Source of the DNA: Coleofasciculus chthonoplastes F2-STO-03
GTDB lineage: Bacteria > Cyanobacteriota > Cyanobacteriia > Cyanobacteriales > Coleofasciculaceae
Assembly: GCA_040222015.1 (NCBI GenBank)
Contig: JAVJWO010000153.1
Location: forward strand, 60,439-124,438
Direction: 5' to 3'
Length of the DNA: 64,000 nt
Shown here: positions 48,856-57,640 of the stretch, in pieces
How positions within the stretch are numbered: the first letter of the stretch is position 1
Layout: each line of letters begins with the position of its first letter
Program-made: the position numbers and the translations under genes
Notes under the pieces: generated by a model
The model's database searches: none
What the model was told of the DNA's origin: nothing
The model's input: only the letters and a program-made list of their open reading frames with translations

Positions 48856-50649
48856 CTAAGATTTAATCATATCAGCCCATTGTTGTTGCAGATCGAATAG
48901 AGCCAACACGCCTAAGCCGACTAATCCTAACAGAGGAGCCAGTAAACTGAACACGTAAAACTGCCATAAATTGGATTCTGCCTGTTGTTCTTGTTGCATC
49001 ATCGCCTCAAATCTGTCATCACCAAAGGGCTTAACGGTGAGATCATTTAAAGAGACTGAAAATAAACGATAGCGACTCGCTTGGGTCAAAATTAGCTGAT
49101 TGGCTCCCACAGCAATATGGGAAATATCCTCTGAACCCGGTAGATTAACCCGAATCGGATTTTGCCAGTCTGGATCAAAGCGTAACAGGTCATCCCGATT
49201 AAAGTTACGATCCCCAACCAATATCCACCAAAACCCTTGGTTATCTTGCTGCACAAAGATGGGAAAAACTCGACCTTGGCGAGCTGGTTCTAAGGCGATC
49301 ACGTCTCCTTTTAATTCGTACTCCATATCCCTCTCGAATTGGGCTTGAAAAAGTCGCACTAGAGGTATTTCGCTGCGTGGCTCTTCCTGTGGAGTACAGC
49401 GAATTTCTGGTCTAGGGGATTGAATCATATCAATCGATTGATCGGGAATGAGATTCAGCCCTTGGCGATTCGTTGACCAGGTGAGGATTCTCAAATTATT
49501 GCTATCGGCGACAACTAATTTTCCGTCATTACTCAGAGTTATTCCATTGGGATAACAGAGCAATAAATCTTTGCCTCGTGTACTTTCGAGTTCTCGCCCT
49601 TCTTGATCCAAAACCAGTAAGCGATGCCATCCGGCGTCTGTCGCATAAATTAGATTGTTTTTGGCATCAACCACAAATTTAAATGCTCCCTTAAACAGGG
49701 GAGACTCGGGGGAATTATGCTTAAAACTGGGTAATGGAGTACAACGACTTTGGTCGAGTTGGCATCGTTGGATGTTTCCGAGTTCCCAATCGGCGATTAA
49801 TAATTGATTTTGATCAAGGGCATAAAGATCAGTTAAATCTTTAATACCTAAAGTCTCTAGGGAGTATTGATTTTGAATTTGACCTTGAGCATCGAACTGG
49901 TAAAGATAGTGACTGGTGGCAGTAAAAACCTCACCTTGGTTAGTCGTTGCCACTAGGGTTGGTCCATGGTGTAAAGCGGCACGAGAACCACTGTCAATGG
50001 CGATGATAATACCGCAAATAGCAACAATAACACAGAGGTAGACTAAAATTTTTATCCATACTTTTTGCTTGACAAGTTTCACGCCTTCTGTCTTAAAAAA
50101 GGGTTCGATTTTAGCAAATAGGTGTTCTGTTTTTTTAGAATCAGGTCGCCCAAATGCATTAGTGGCGAAAAAATAATGACTGGACGGGCTAAAGCTCTCG
50201 TCTTCTGGGTTTTGAGAAATAAATCGAATTAGAGTTGGTAATTTAATTAATGATGACTTGGGCTTAAATAATGTTAATTTAGTTTTTTTGTTGGAGATTT
50301 TTAGAGTTTCTTGAATTTGTTTGCCGTCCTGAATCAAACAACGAGAGTGATTGAACCCATATTCTAAAACGACGGCTTTGCCGAATTTACGAAACTCAGG
50401 AAATAGTCTTGATTTATCGTGTTTAAAGTAATTTACACAACAGTGTTTCATCCCATTATTTAGAGACGAACACTTTTTCAATAGCTGTTTTTGGTTTCGC
50501 CAGATTTGGTAGAGTAAACCCCCATAAACCAAGAGAATCAACAATAACTGAAGTAGGCGTAAGGCAATCGCTGTCATGGTTTCCCCCTGATGACTCCTGT
50601 GACTTCTGTGGTTGCTGCTAAGACTTGAGATATAGCAACTAATTGTCAT
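48856..50649 (-). CDS. Membrane-anchored NHL/beta-propeller protein (probably 3'-truncated)
   Basis: IYATDAGWHRLLVLD and YPNGITL..GKLVVADSNNLRI repeats, TM helices; probable start at 50577. Confidence 0.72.
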   Translation of the reverse strand: MTISCYISSLSSNHRSHRSHQGETMTAIALRLLQLLLILLVYGGLLYQIWRNQKQLLKKCSSLNNGMKHCCVNYFKHDKSRLFPEFRKFGKAVVLEYGFNHSRCLIQDGKQIQETLKISNKKTKLTLFKPKSSLIKLPTLIRFISQNPEDESFSPSSHYFFATNAFGRPDSKKTEHLFAKIEPFFKTEGVKLVKQKVWIKILVYLCVIVAICGIIIAIDSGSRAALHHGPTLVATTNQGEVFTATSHYLYQFDAQGQIQNQYSLETLGIKDLTDLYALDQNQLLIADWELGNIQRCQLDQSRCTPLPSFKHNSPESPLFKGAFKFVVDAKNNLIYATDAGWHRLLVLDQEGRELESTRGKDLLLCYPNGITLSNDGKLVVADSNNLRILTWSTNRQGLNLIPDQSIDMIQSPRPEIRCTPQEEPRSEIPLVRLFQAQFERDMEYELKGDVIALEPARQGRVFPIFVQQDNQGFWWILVGDRNFNRDDLLRFDPDWQNPIRVNLPGSEDISHIAVGANQLILTQASRYRLFSVSLNDLTVKPFGDDRFEAMMQQEQQAESNLWQFYVFSLLAPLLGLVGLGVLALFDLQQQWADMIKS

Positions 50650-51481
50650 CCCGCTAACGTTGAAACGCGCTACTTATAAGATAAGGTGTAATGTCATTTC
50701 TGACTTCATGCTTCTAGGTCACCCATTTGGGTGAGAAACTTAAGTCATCGGACAAGATTAAGGTTGATAGTTGAGATTGGGAAACTCACGGGCAGAAAAC
50801 GGGGAAAGGTAAGGATTTAATGCTTGTTAACATTTATTAGTACAACGGACAGAATTTATGTCTAGGTACTTACCGAAATACGGAGTTGACAAAAGCCGCG
50901 TTTTTCTGATTATCTAAAAAATAGAATTAGAATTGAAAAAAATGTGCGCCTATAGAGTCAGTTGAGTTCCATTGACCGTTTGATTGGGTAAAAAATCCGT
51001 AGCGGTATCCCTTCATCAACAAAATTACTTGTCCTAATCATTTCCCAGCTTTGGGCTAGTATTGGCAAAGAAAAATCATCTAAATCATTACCGCCAAATA
51101 GGTTAACCCGAATTCAAGACGTTCGCGATCGCACCTTACTTCTTGTCTGTGCCAATGTATCGGTTGACTAGGTTTCATCAATCGATGTCGTTTAGAACGA
51201 ACTTACATTTTAACCCACGCAGGTGGGTTTTGTTTGTATAGCTGCGGTTTCCCACCGCCCCGCTAAGTTGACTACACTTCAGTTTAGTCCAGATGGAGAA
51301 TTATTAGTAGTCGTTGCTCCAATGACGAAGATTTGGCTACATTCAACCTTTTACCTGATTCGAGTATGAATAAGTCCATAAATCAAAGTTATCTATGGTG
51401 ACGGGTTGGTCAGTCTCCATGATAATTTTATTCGTCTAAATCAAGGTTCTTAGGGGCGGGAAAAGGGGCAACCCTCAACCC

Positions 51482-52201
51482 TTAACCGCTCTTCTTTTTC
51501 GGTGACGCTGAGGATGAACGAGACCCAGCGCCGCCAATCCCGTCTTTATCTTGTGGTTTTCCAGGTGGTACATCCTGGTAAAGTTGCTGACGTCCATTGC
51601 GAATCACCCTCAGCATGTCAGTAAGCTGTTGCTCAATACTATTGAGTACAGAATCAGCATAATCATCCGCACCGTTTTGAATGTCTTCGCATTCTTCGAG
51701 TGCGAGTTGGCGCAGTTGTGCCAATTCCTGCTGGGCTTGTCGGCGCATCTGTTCAATGTCAGTCCGGGTTTGTTCCTGCAGTGTTTCACACTCTTGCTGA
51801 ACCCGTTGCCGGATTTGCTTGGCTTCGAGTTCTGCTTGTTGCACAATCCCCATGTCATCCAGAATCTGTTGAGCTTGTCGTTCAGCGGCTTCTAGGATTT
51901 CTTGGGCATAGTCTTCTGCTTGTAGAAGAATATCTTCCCCTTGCTGAACAATCTTTTGAGATTTTTCAAACGCCTCTGGTAGACTCGCCCGCACTACATC
52001 CAATTGGGTTAAGAACGCTTCTTCATCAATCAAAGTGTACTTGGTCAAGGGGATGTGTGGGCTATCAAACAGCATCTCCTCTAGCTTAGTGAGTTCTCGC
52101 TGGATATCTACATCGGGGGTTCCAGAGGAAAGGCGTTTCTCTGGGGGGTTGGGTTCTGGGAGTTGGTTGGGTTCGATGCGGGATGACTCTGGGCGTAACA
52201 T
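51482..52201 (-). CDS. cdv3: DivIVA-like cell division protein Cdv3
   Basis: LEEM..DSPHIPL...IDEE...LP; coiled coil; [27 protein letters not shown]; adjacent to coaD. Confidence 0.82.
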   Translation of the reverse strand: MLRPESSRIEPNQLPEPNPPEKRLSSGTPDVDIQRELTKLEEMLFDSPHIPLTKYTLIDEEAFLTQLDVVRASLPEAFEKSQKIVQQGEDILLQAEDYAQEILEAAERQAQQILDDMGIVQQAELEAKQIRQRVQQECETLQEQTRTDIEQMRRQAQQELAQLRQLALEECEDIQNGADDYADSVLNSIEQQLTDMLRVIRNGRQQLYQDVPPGKPQDKDGIGGAGSRSSSASPKKKSG

Positions 52202-52662
52202 CGGCAAATATCTAGGGCAACCTGGGGGGGAACAAGATGGTTAACAGATCCGCCAAATTTGGCAATCTCTTTCACTACGCTACTACTTAAAAAACTGTAC
52301 TCGTTAGACGTGGCGAGAAAAACGGTTTCTATTTCATCCCAGAGGGTTTGATTGGTATGCGCCATCTGGAGTTCCTTCTCAAAGTCTGAAAGCACCCGTA
52401 GTCCCCGCAGTAAGACTTGAGCATTCTTGAGTTTGGCATAGTCCACAGTCAAACCTGTGAAGCTATCGATTTCGACATTCGAGAGATGTTGGGTACAACC
52501 GCGAATCTGTTGTACTCGCTCTTGTATTGTAAACAATGGCGATTTACTCGGGTTGCGGAGTACGGCAACAATGACGGTCTCAAAGAGTTTACAGCTACGC
52601 TCAATGATATCGAGGTGTCCTAGAGTGATCGGATCGAAGCTGCCTGGATAAATTGCAATCAC
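52108..52662 (-). CDS. coaD: Phosphopantetheine adenylyltransferase
   Basis: [37 protein letters not shown]. Confidence 0.96.
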   Translation of the reverse strand: MIAIYPGSFDPITLGHLDIIERSCKLFETVIVAVLRNPSKSPLFTIQERVQQIRGCTQHLSNVEIDSFTGLTVDYAKLKNAQVLLRGLRVLSDFEKELQMAHTNQTLWDEIETVFLATSNEYSFLSSSVVKEIAKFGGSVNHLVPPQVALDICRCYAQSHPASNPTNSQNPTPQRNAFPLEPPM

Positions 52663-52771
52663 GACAGAGACATCTGGAGGGGTACTGAGGAATTATAAGC
52701 TGTTATGACGATCTCCGCCGTTAACTTTAATTGTCCCCACCTACTTAAAGGTGACGATACCCCTGTCTTGT

Positions 52772-55723
52772 CTACTCCCATTCTCGCCATTGATCGATCC
52801 AATCTTGAACAAGGTCAAGAATTAGCTCACGTCCCTTGACAATGTTAGCGGTTATGCTGATAAAAATAATGCCAGCAATTATGAGCAGAATCCACTTAGA
52901 GAATGGGTAGCGAAAACCAAAATAGACTAACTGGTAGAATACTGTAAAAATAAATGTAACCGTTCCAACCATTAAAAATGCCCGGACTTGCAGTCCTAAT
53001 CCAGCCACAATAGCAACCAGACTAATAATTCCCGGAATGAGTCCAACGTCTTGATGAAATCCTAACGCCACCCAACAGATTATGCCGCTACCCAGTAAGC
53101 GGATGTAGTGACGCCAATTCCGTTTTTGCGGTAATCTTAATTCTGGATCAACTTGGGCGATGTAGAGGAAAAAATAACCAATCACGGCAGCATACGCTAA
53201 GGGTTCAGTAACCTGCTGGCTTTGCAAAACACGCCAAATTGCCCAATCGATGAAAAATAAACTTAAGTATGTCCACCGTAAATTAGATTGGCGATTGGTG
53301 ACCCAGGCATAAAAACCTGCAAGAACCAATAAATTAAAAGCAGAGAGGGTTTGAGGATTGATTAAAATGCTCAGAAGAGGTAATATCGTGGCGTATCTTT
53401 GCCAAGGCTGATCATTCCATCCCCACCGCCACCAGGACGTTTGATAAACCGCGATCGCGAAGAGACTGACAATTATGGCTCGCCAGGGATCAAATAGGCT
53501 TAACGGTGTCCAGATCAAACGCGCATAGATACCAATAGCGGCAACCTCGGTTAATCCGGCGTATATCCAGATGTCAGACTCTGGGAAAAATGGGGAAGAT
53601 GAGGGAGATGAGGAAGATGAGGGAGATGAGGGAGATGAGGGAGATGAGGGAGATGAGGGAGATGAGGGAGAAAACTGGCGTTGTTGAATTCGTAAATTTC
53701 CTTGGCAAAACGCATAACTAGCCAGTATTAAACTAAGGATAAGTCCCACGAATCCCATCAGGTTAGGGGGTGTTCCCACAGACATCCCAGCCGCTATAAC
53801 CATCAAAACACTACCCATTGCCCAATGAATGTGGGCGGTAATTTCGATTTGGGTGACGCTGATCTTAAAAATTGTAGCCCGATCGCGCGAGCGCAAAAAC
53901 CAGGCGAGTGAACGATAAATACCGCAGAGTACAGCCGTGACTAACGCTAAAATAATCAAGCCATTCCCAGGATTTACCCCATCGCTTTGCAGTATCTGAT
54001 AAATCACCAGTTCATACCAAGCCAGGGAAGTACCTGCCAGAGAAAGATAGATAATACCTTTGGCTTGAGTACGGTGATACGCTACGCTGATACCGATTAA
54101 CGCCGCACCTAAGGTGAGCAACCCCGTATAGGGGGTGAAATAAAAAAAGCGTAAACTAATGCCAATCAAAGAATAAATTACCAATTCGTACCAGGCAAGG
54201 GAAATACCTGCCAGGAAAAGATAGGTGATACCTTTGGTTTGAGTACGGCGACGCCCTAGGATAATGCCCGTTAAAGCCGCACCTAGGGTGAGCAACCCTG
54301 TATAGGGAGTGAAATAAGAAAAGCGCAAATTAATGCCAATCATGGCATAGACTAAGGGTAAAGATTCCAGTATCTCTTGCCAATTTTCTCTCCACCTTCC
54401 AGACGTGCCATAGTACGTCTCTAAATGCTCCCCGTCTTCCCCACCTAAACGGGCAAACCACCAACGGTTGAGAATTAGTGTTACATAAGCCAGGATAATG
54501 TTCGCGACACCGAGGATTAAGGATGAACCATTAAGCAGTACAATCGCATTAGCTATTATCAATTCTATTGCCCAACTAATGCCATAAATACTGAATTTGG
54601 GAAAAGAATGCCAATATCGGTAAACAATAGCACCACCAATGAGCATTGATGCAGTCAGGTACTGCCAACTAGATGGAATGAATTCTAGATACATATTGGC
54701 GCTTTGCAGCGTCAGTAGTCCTAGTTCCGTAGTAGACAAAGCAATTGCCCAGCGATCGCAGGCTTGAGCGTACAATTGAGCTAGCCGGCTAGACTGGGGC
54801 GTTAAGCCAGCGCGTAGCAGCCATAATCCGAAAATTGCGATCGCGCCCACCCAATACCAATCGGCTGCAGAGAGGGGGGACAATCCTGGAATTCCTTGTC
54901 CCAGACGTGCTATAGCAAAACTTAGGCTAAATCCAATTGTGATCGCGGCGGCTAAGGGTTGCTTGAGGTAGCAGCTATTGATAAACATCACGAAAGTGGC
55001 GACACCCAAACCGATGAGTCTAATATCCGGTTGGAATAGGGTGAGCCACTGGACGAGAAATAAGGCGATCGCACTCCACCAAAATACTTGGATTTGCCTT
55101 GAGTTTAGCTCCTGATTGGGAGTAGAATCTGAGTCTAACTCAGTGTTATCTACCGATGACCACGGATTAATCAGGGAATCCCTCAATGATGCTTTGGGAA
55201 AGGAATTAGCCTCTTTGTTACCTTGGCGCGATCGCGTACTTCGGCTGGCAATGTCGGTTAAGGTTAAAGGGGTTAACAGCCATAAGAGTCCCCAAGGTGG
55301 CATAGAAGTGGGAACAAAAAATAGGTCAATAAAGATCTCATCGGCTAGCAAGACATAACTAAGTCCGGCTAGCACAAAACCCAGATTCCAGCAACTGCGA
55401 TACCAAATTTGTTTAATGCCAGGGAATGGGGGATTCGGATCGACAGTTTGCCCTGTGAATTGATTCCATTCTGCCACCATCAGCGCCAAGAATAGAGTCG
55501 CCCAGAGGGGTTCCCTGAGAGTCGGTATCCATCTGTGAATCAATAAACAGATGGTCAACAATCCACCAATATGGGTGAGGTAGACGAGAACAACTCGCAC
55601 AAAATTAATCCGTTGACCGGGTGGCTGATATTTTTTATTGTGACTTAACTCGTCACGCCAGACTACGATAACGGGTTTATCCTGTGCAAATAGGTTGAGA
55701 TAGCGACGGTTATTCAGCCGCAC
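52772..55723 (-). CDS. Large polytopic membrane protein (DUF2157-associated type)
   Basis: Many TM segments; C-terminal GL.LQVRAFL.VGT..F and W..W.EWE end. Confidence 0.7.
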   Translation of the reverse strand: MRLNNRRYLNLFAQDKPVIVVWRDELSHNKKYQPPGQRINFVRVVLVYLTHIGGLLTICLLIHRWIPTLREPLWATLFLALMVAEWNQFTGQTVDPNPPFPGIKQIWYRSCWNLGFVLAGLSYVLLADEIFIDLFFVPTSMPPWGLLWLLTPLTLTDIASRSTRSRQGNKEANSFPKASLRDSLINPWSSVDNTELDSDSTPNQELNSRQIQVFWWSAIALFLVQWLTLFQPDIRLIGLGVATFVMFINSCYLKQPLAAAITIGFSLSFAIARLGQGIPGLSPLSAADWYWVGAIAIFGLWLLRAGLTPQSSRLAQLYAQACDRWAIALSTTELGLLTLQSANMYLEFIPSSWQYLTASMLIGGAIVYRYWHSFPKFSIYGISWAIELIIANAIVLLNGSSLILGVANIILAYVTLILNRWWFARLGGEDGEHLETYYGTSGRWRENWQEILESLPLVYAMIGINLRFSYFTPYTGLLTLGAALTGIILGRRRTQTKGITYLFLAGISLAWYELVIYSLIGISLRFFYFTPYTGLLTLGAALIGISVAYHRTQAKGIIYLSLAGTSLAWYELVIYQILQSDGVNPGNGLIILALVTAVLCGIYRSLAWFLRSRDRATIFKISVTQIEITAHIHWAMGSVLMVIAAGMSVGTPPNLMGFVGLILSLILASYAFCQGNLRIQQRQFSPSSPSSPSSPSSPSSPSSSSSPSSSPFFPESDIWIYAGLTEVAAIGIYARLIWTPLSLFDPWRAIIVSLFAIAVYQTSWWRWGWNDQPWQRYATILPLLSILINPQTLSAFNLLVLAGFYAWVTNRQSNLRWTYLSLFFIDWAIWRVLQSQQVTEPLAYAAVIGYFFLYIAQVDPELRLPQKRNWRHYIRLLGSGIICWVALGFHQDVGLIPGIISLVAIVAGLGLQVRAFLMVGTVTFIFTVFYQLVYFGFRYPFSKWILLIIAGIIFISITANIVKGRELILDLVQDWIDQWREWE

Positions 55724-55736
55724 TAATCAAGCAATC

Positions 55737-56897
55737 TTATGAACTAACCCTACCCTTTAAGAGGGTGGGGAATTCCGCGATATCTTTTAAACCATAGACA
55801 ACCTGCTGCTGTTCGGAGAAGGACAATTCTGGAAATATAGGTAGAGACAAAACTTGGTGACACACTTGCTCAACAACTGGAAAATCACCCACTTGATACC
55901 CTAAGCTCTGATAAACCGACTGCAAGTGCAACGGTAGGGGGTAATAAACCATCGAAATAATGCCCATCTGTTGCAGATTTTGGCGGACGTGATCTCGATA
56001 GTCACTGCTGCGGCTGTCTTGAGTTAGACGAATCGTGTACTGATTCCAGACAGCATGGCTTCCTAGAGTTTCTTGAGGTAAGGCGATTTCTGGAACAGGT
56101 TGTAATAACTGGTGATACCGATCAGCAATCTGAGAGCGAACCTGATTCCACTGATCAAGATAACCTAATTTGATTTGTAAAATGGCGGCTTGTAGGGCAT
56201 CTAAACGGCTATTGATTCCTGTGGCTTCGTGGTGATAGCGATCGCGCATTCCATGTTCTCGCAGCATTCTGATTGTAGCTGCTAGGGTTGGGTCATTAGT
56301 AATCACAGCACCACCATCCCCACAAGCCCCTAAATTCTTGGTGGGAAAGAAGCTAAAGCAGCCAATATGCCCAATGCTACCCACCTTTTGTCCCGCCCAT
56401 TCCGCGCCCGTTGCTTGAGCGCAGTCTTCAATAACCACTAAATCATGCGCCTGGGCGATGTCCATAATCGCCGTCATATCCACAGGCTGTCCAAACAAAT
56501 GAACGGGGAGAATCGCTTTAGTTTTCGGCGTAATCGCCGCTGCAATCTGATCAACGTCAAGATTAAAGGTTTGGGGATCAATATCCACAAAAATAGGTGT
56601 CGCCCCCACCCGGGTAATCACTTCCGCCGTGGCGATAAACGTGAAGGGCGTGGTAATCACCTCGTCCCCTGATCCAATCTCTAAGGCTCGCAGTGCCAGA
56701 TACAAGGCGTCTGTGCCGGAGTTACAGGCGACGCATTCGCTGGTATTCATATATGCCGCAAATTGCGTCTCAAAGCCTTGAACCGGAAGCCCACCCACGT
56801 AACGTCCGGAGGTAAGTATCTCCTGAACAGCTACACTGACTTGGTTTTCAATGTGTTTATACTGTCGTGCCAGATCAATAGGGGGAATGTGATTCAC
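55737..56897 (-). CDS. DegT/DnrJ/EryC1/StrS PLP-dependent aminotransferase
   Basis: NSGTDAL, PVHLFGQ, IEDCAQA, SFFPTKNLGA.GDGG, NSRLDALQAA; probable GTG start VNHIPP. Confidence 0.93.
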   Translation of the reverse strand: MNHIPPIDLARQYKHIENQVSVAVQEILTSGRYVGGLPVQGFETQFAAYMNTSECVACNSGTDALYLALRALEIGSGDEVITTPFTFIATAEVITRVGATPIFVDIDPQTFNLDVDQIAAAITPKTKAILPVHLFGQPVDMTAIMDIAQAHDLVVIEDCAQATGAEWAGQKVGSIGHIGCFSFFPTKNLGACGDGGAVITNDPTLAATIRMLREHGMRDRYHHEATGINSRLDALQAAILQIKLGYLDQWNQVRSQIADRYHQLLQPVPEIALPQETLGSHAVWNQYTIRLTQDSRSSDYRDHVRQNLQQMGIISMVYYPLPLHLQSVYQSLGYQVGDFPVVEQVCHQVLSLPIFPELSFSEQQQVVYGLKDIAEFPTLLKGRVSS

Positions 56898-57085
56898 TCG
56901 CTTACACCTAGACGTTTTTATCCAATAAATCAAATTTTGCAGCAAAAGGGAATCCTTCTCCCTCTTGTACTATCCTCAATCCATCGCTTTGAGGTTGGAA
57001 GTGGGCAATCATGATAAGTCTTGAGACGCTCAATAATGCAGCTAAACCTAGTACAAGAAGGCAGAAATAACGCCAACAGCTTCCC

Positions 57086-57232
57086 AGACGTAGCATGCTA
57101 CGTCTCTACATGCTCCCCCAGCTCCCCCATCTTCCCCAGCTCCCCCATCTTCCCCAGCGTTCGACTGAGCGCTCACGCCGAAGTCTTCCCCAGCTCCCCC
57201 AGCTCCCCTATTTCCCCCCTCCCCCCATGCTT
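57086..57232. repeat. REP plus 9-bp C-rich tandem repeats with an inserted short palindromic element
   Basis: AGACGTAGCATGCTACGTCTCTAC followed by (CTCCCCCAG/TTCCCCATC)n. Confidence 0.7.
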
Positions 57233-57640
57233 CACAAACTCTTCAAAGCATCTTTATCATAGCTACACCTAAAACCGCGCTGGAACAGGCAAACTAAGAA
57301 AAGCAGATGCACCCTGCCAGCCACAGCAGATGCACCCTGCTGAACCCTGAGTAAAACCCACATTATCGCTTAAATTCAAAAATTAGGCGATATGTGGGTC
57401 TTGTTTTATTTCCCGCGATCGCAGTTCCTCTATCCGGAGGGTTTAGGAGTTGACTGACAAAGGTGCAAGATTTCAATAAAGCGGAGTATCCTAAGATTAA
57501 TGGCACTGAAATAAGCTGTTTTGAATCGCCGAAACCTTTGGTATACCGTAGGGTGGGCATTGCCCACCCTACGGTATACCAGTCAGTGACATTCATCCTA
57601 AGATTCGATTCACAGCTATAGTTCCATTTCGGAGCGTCCA

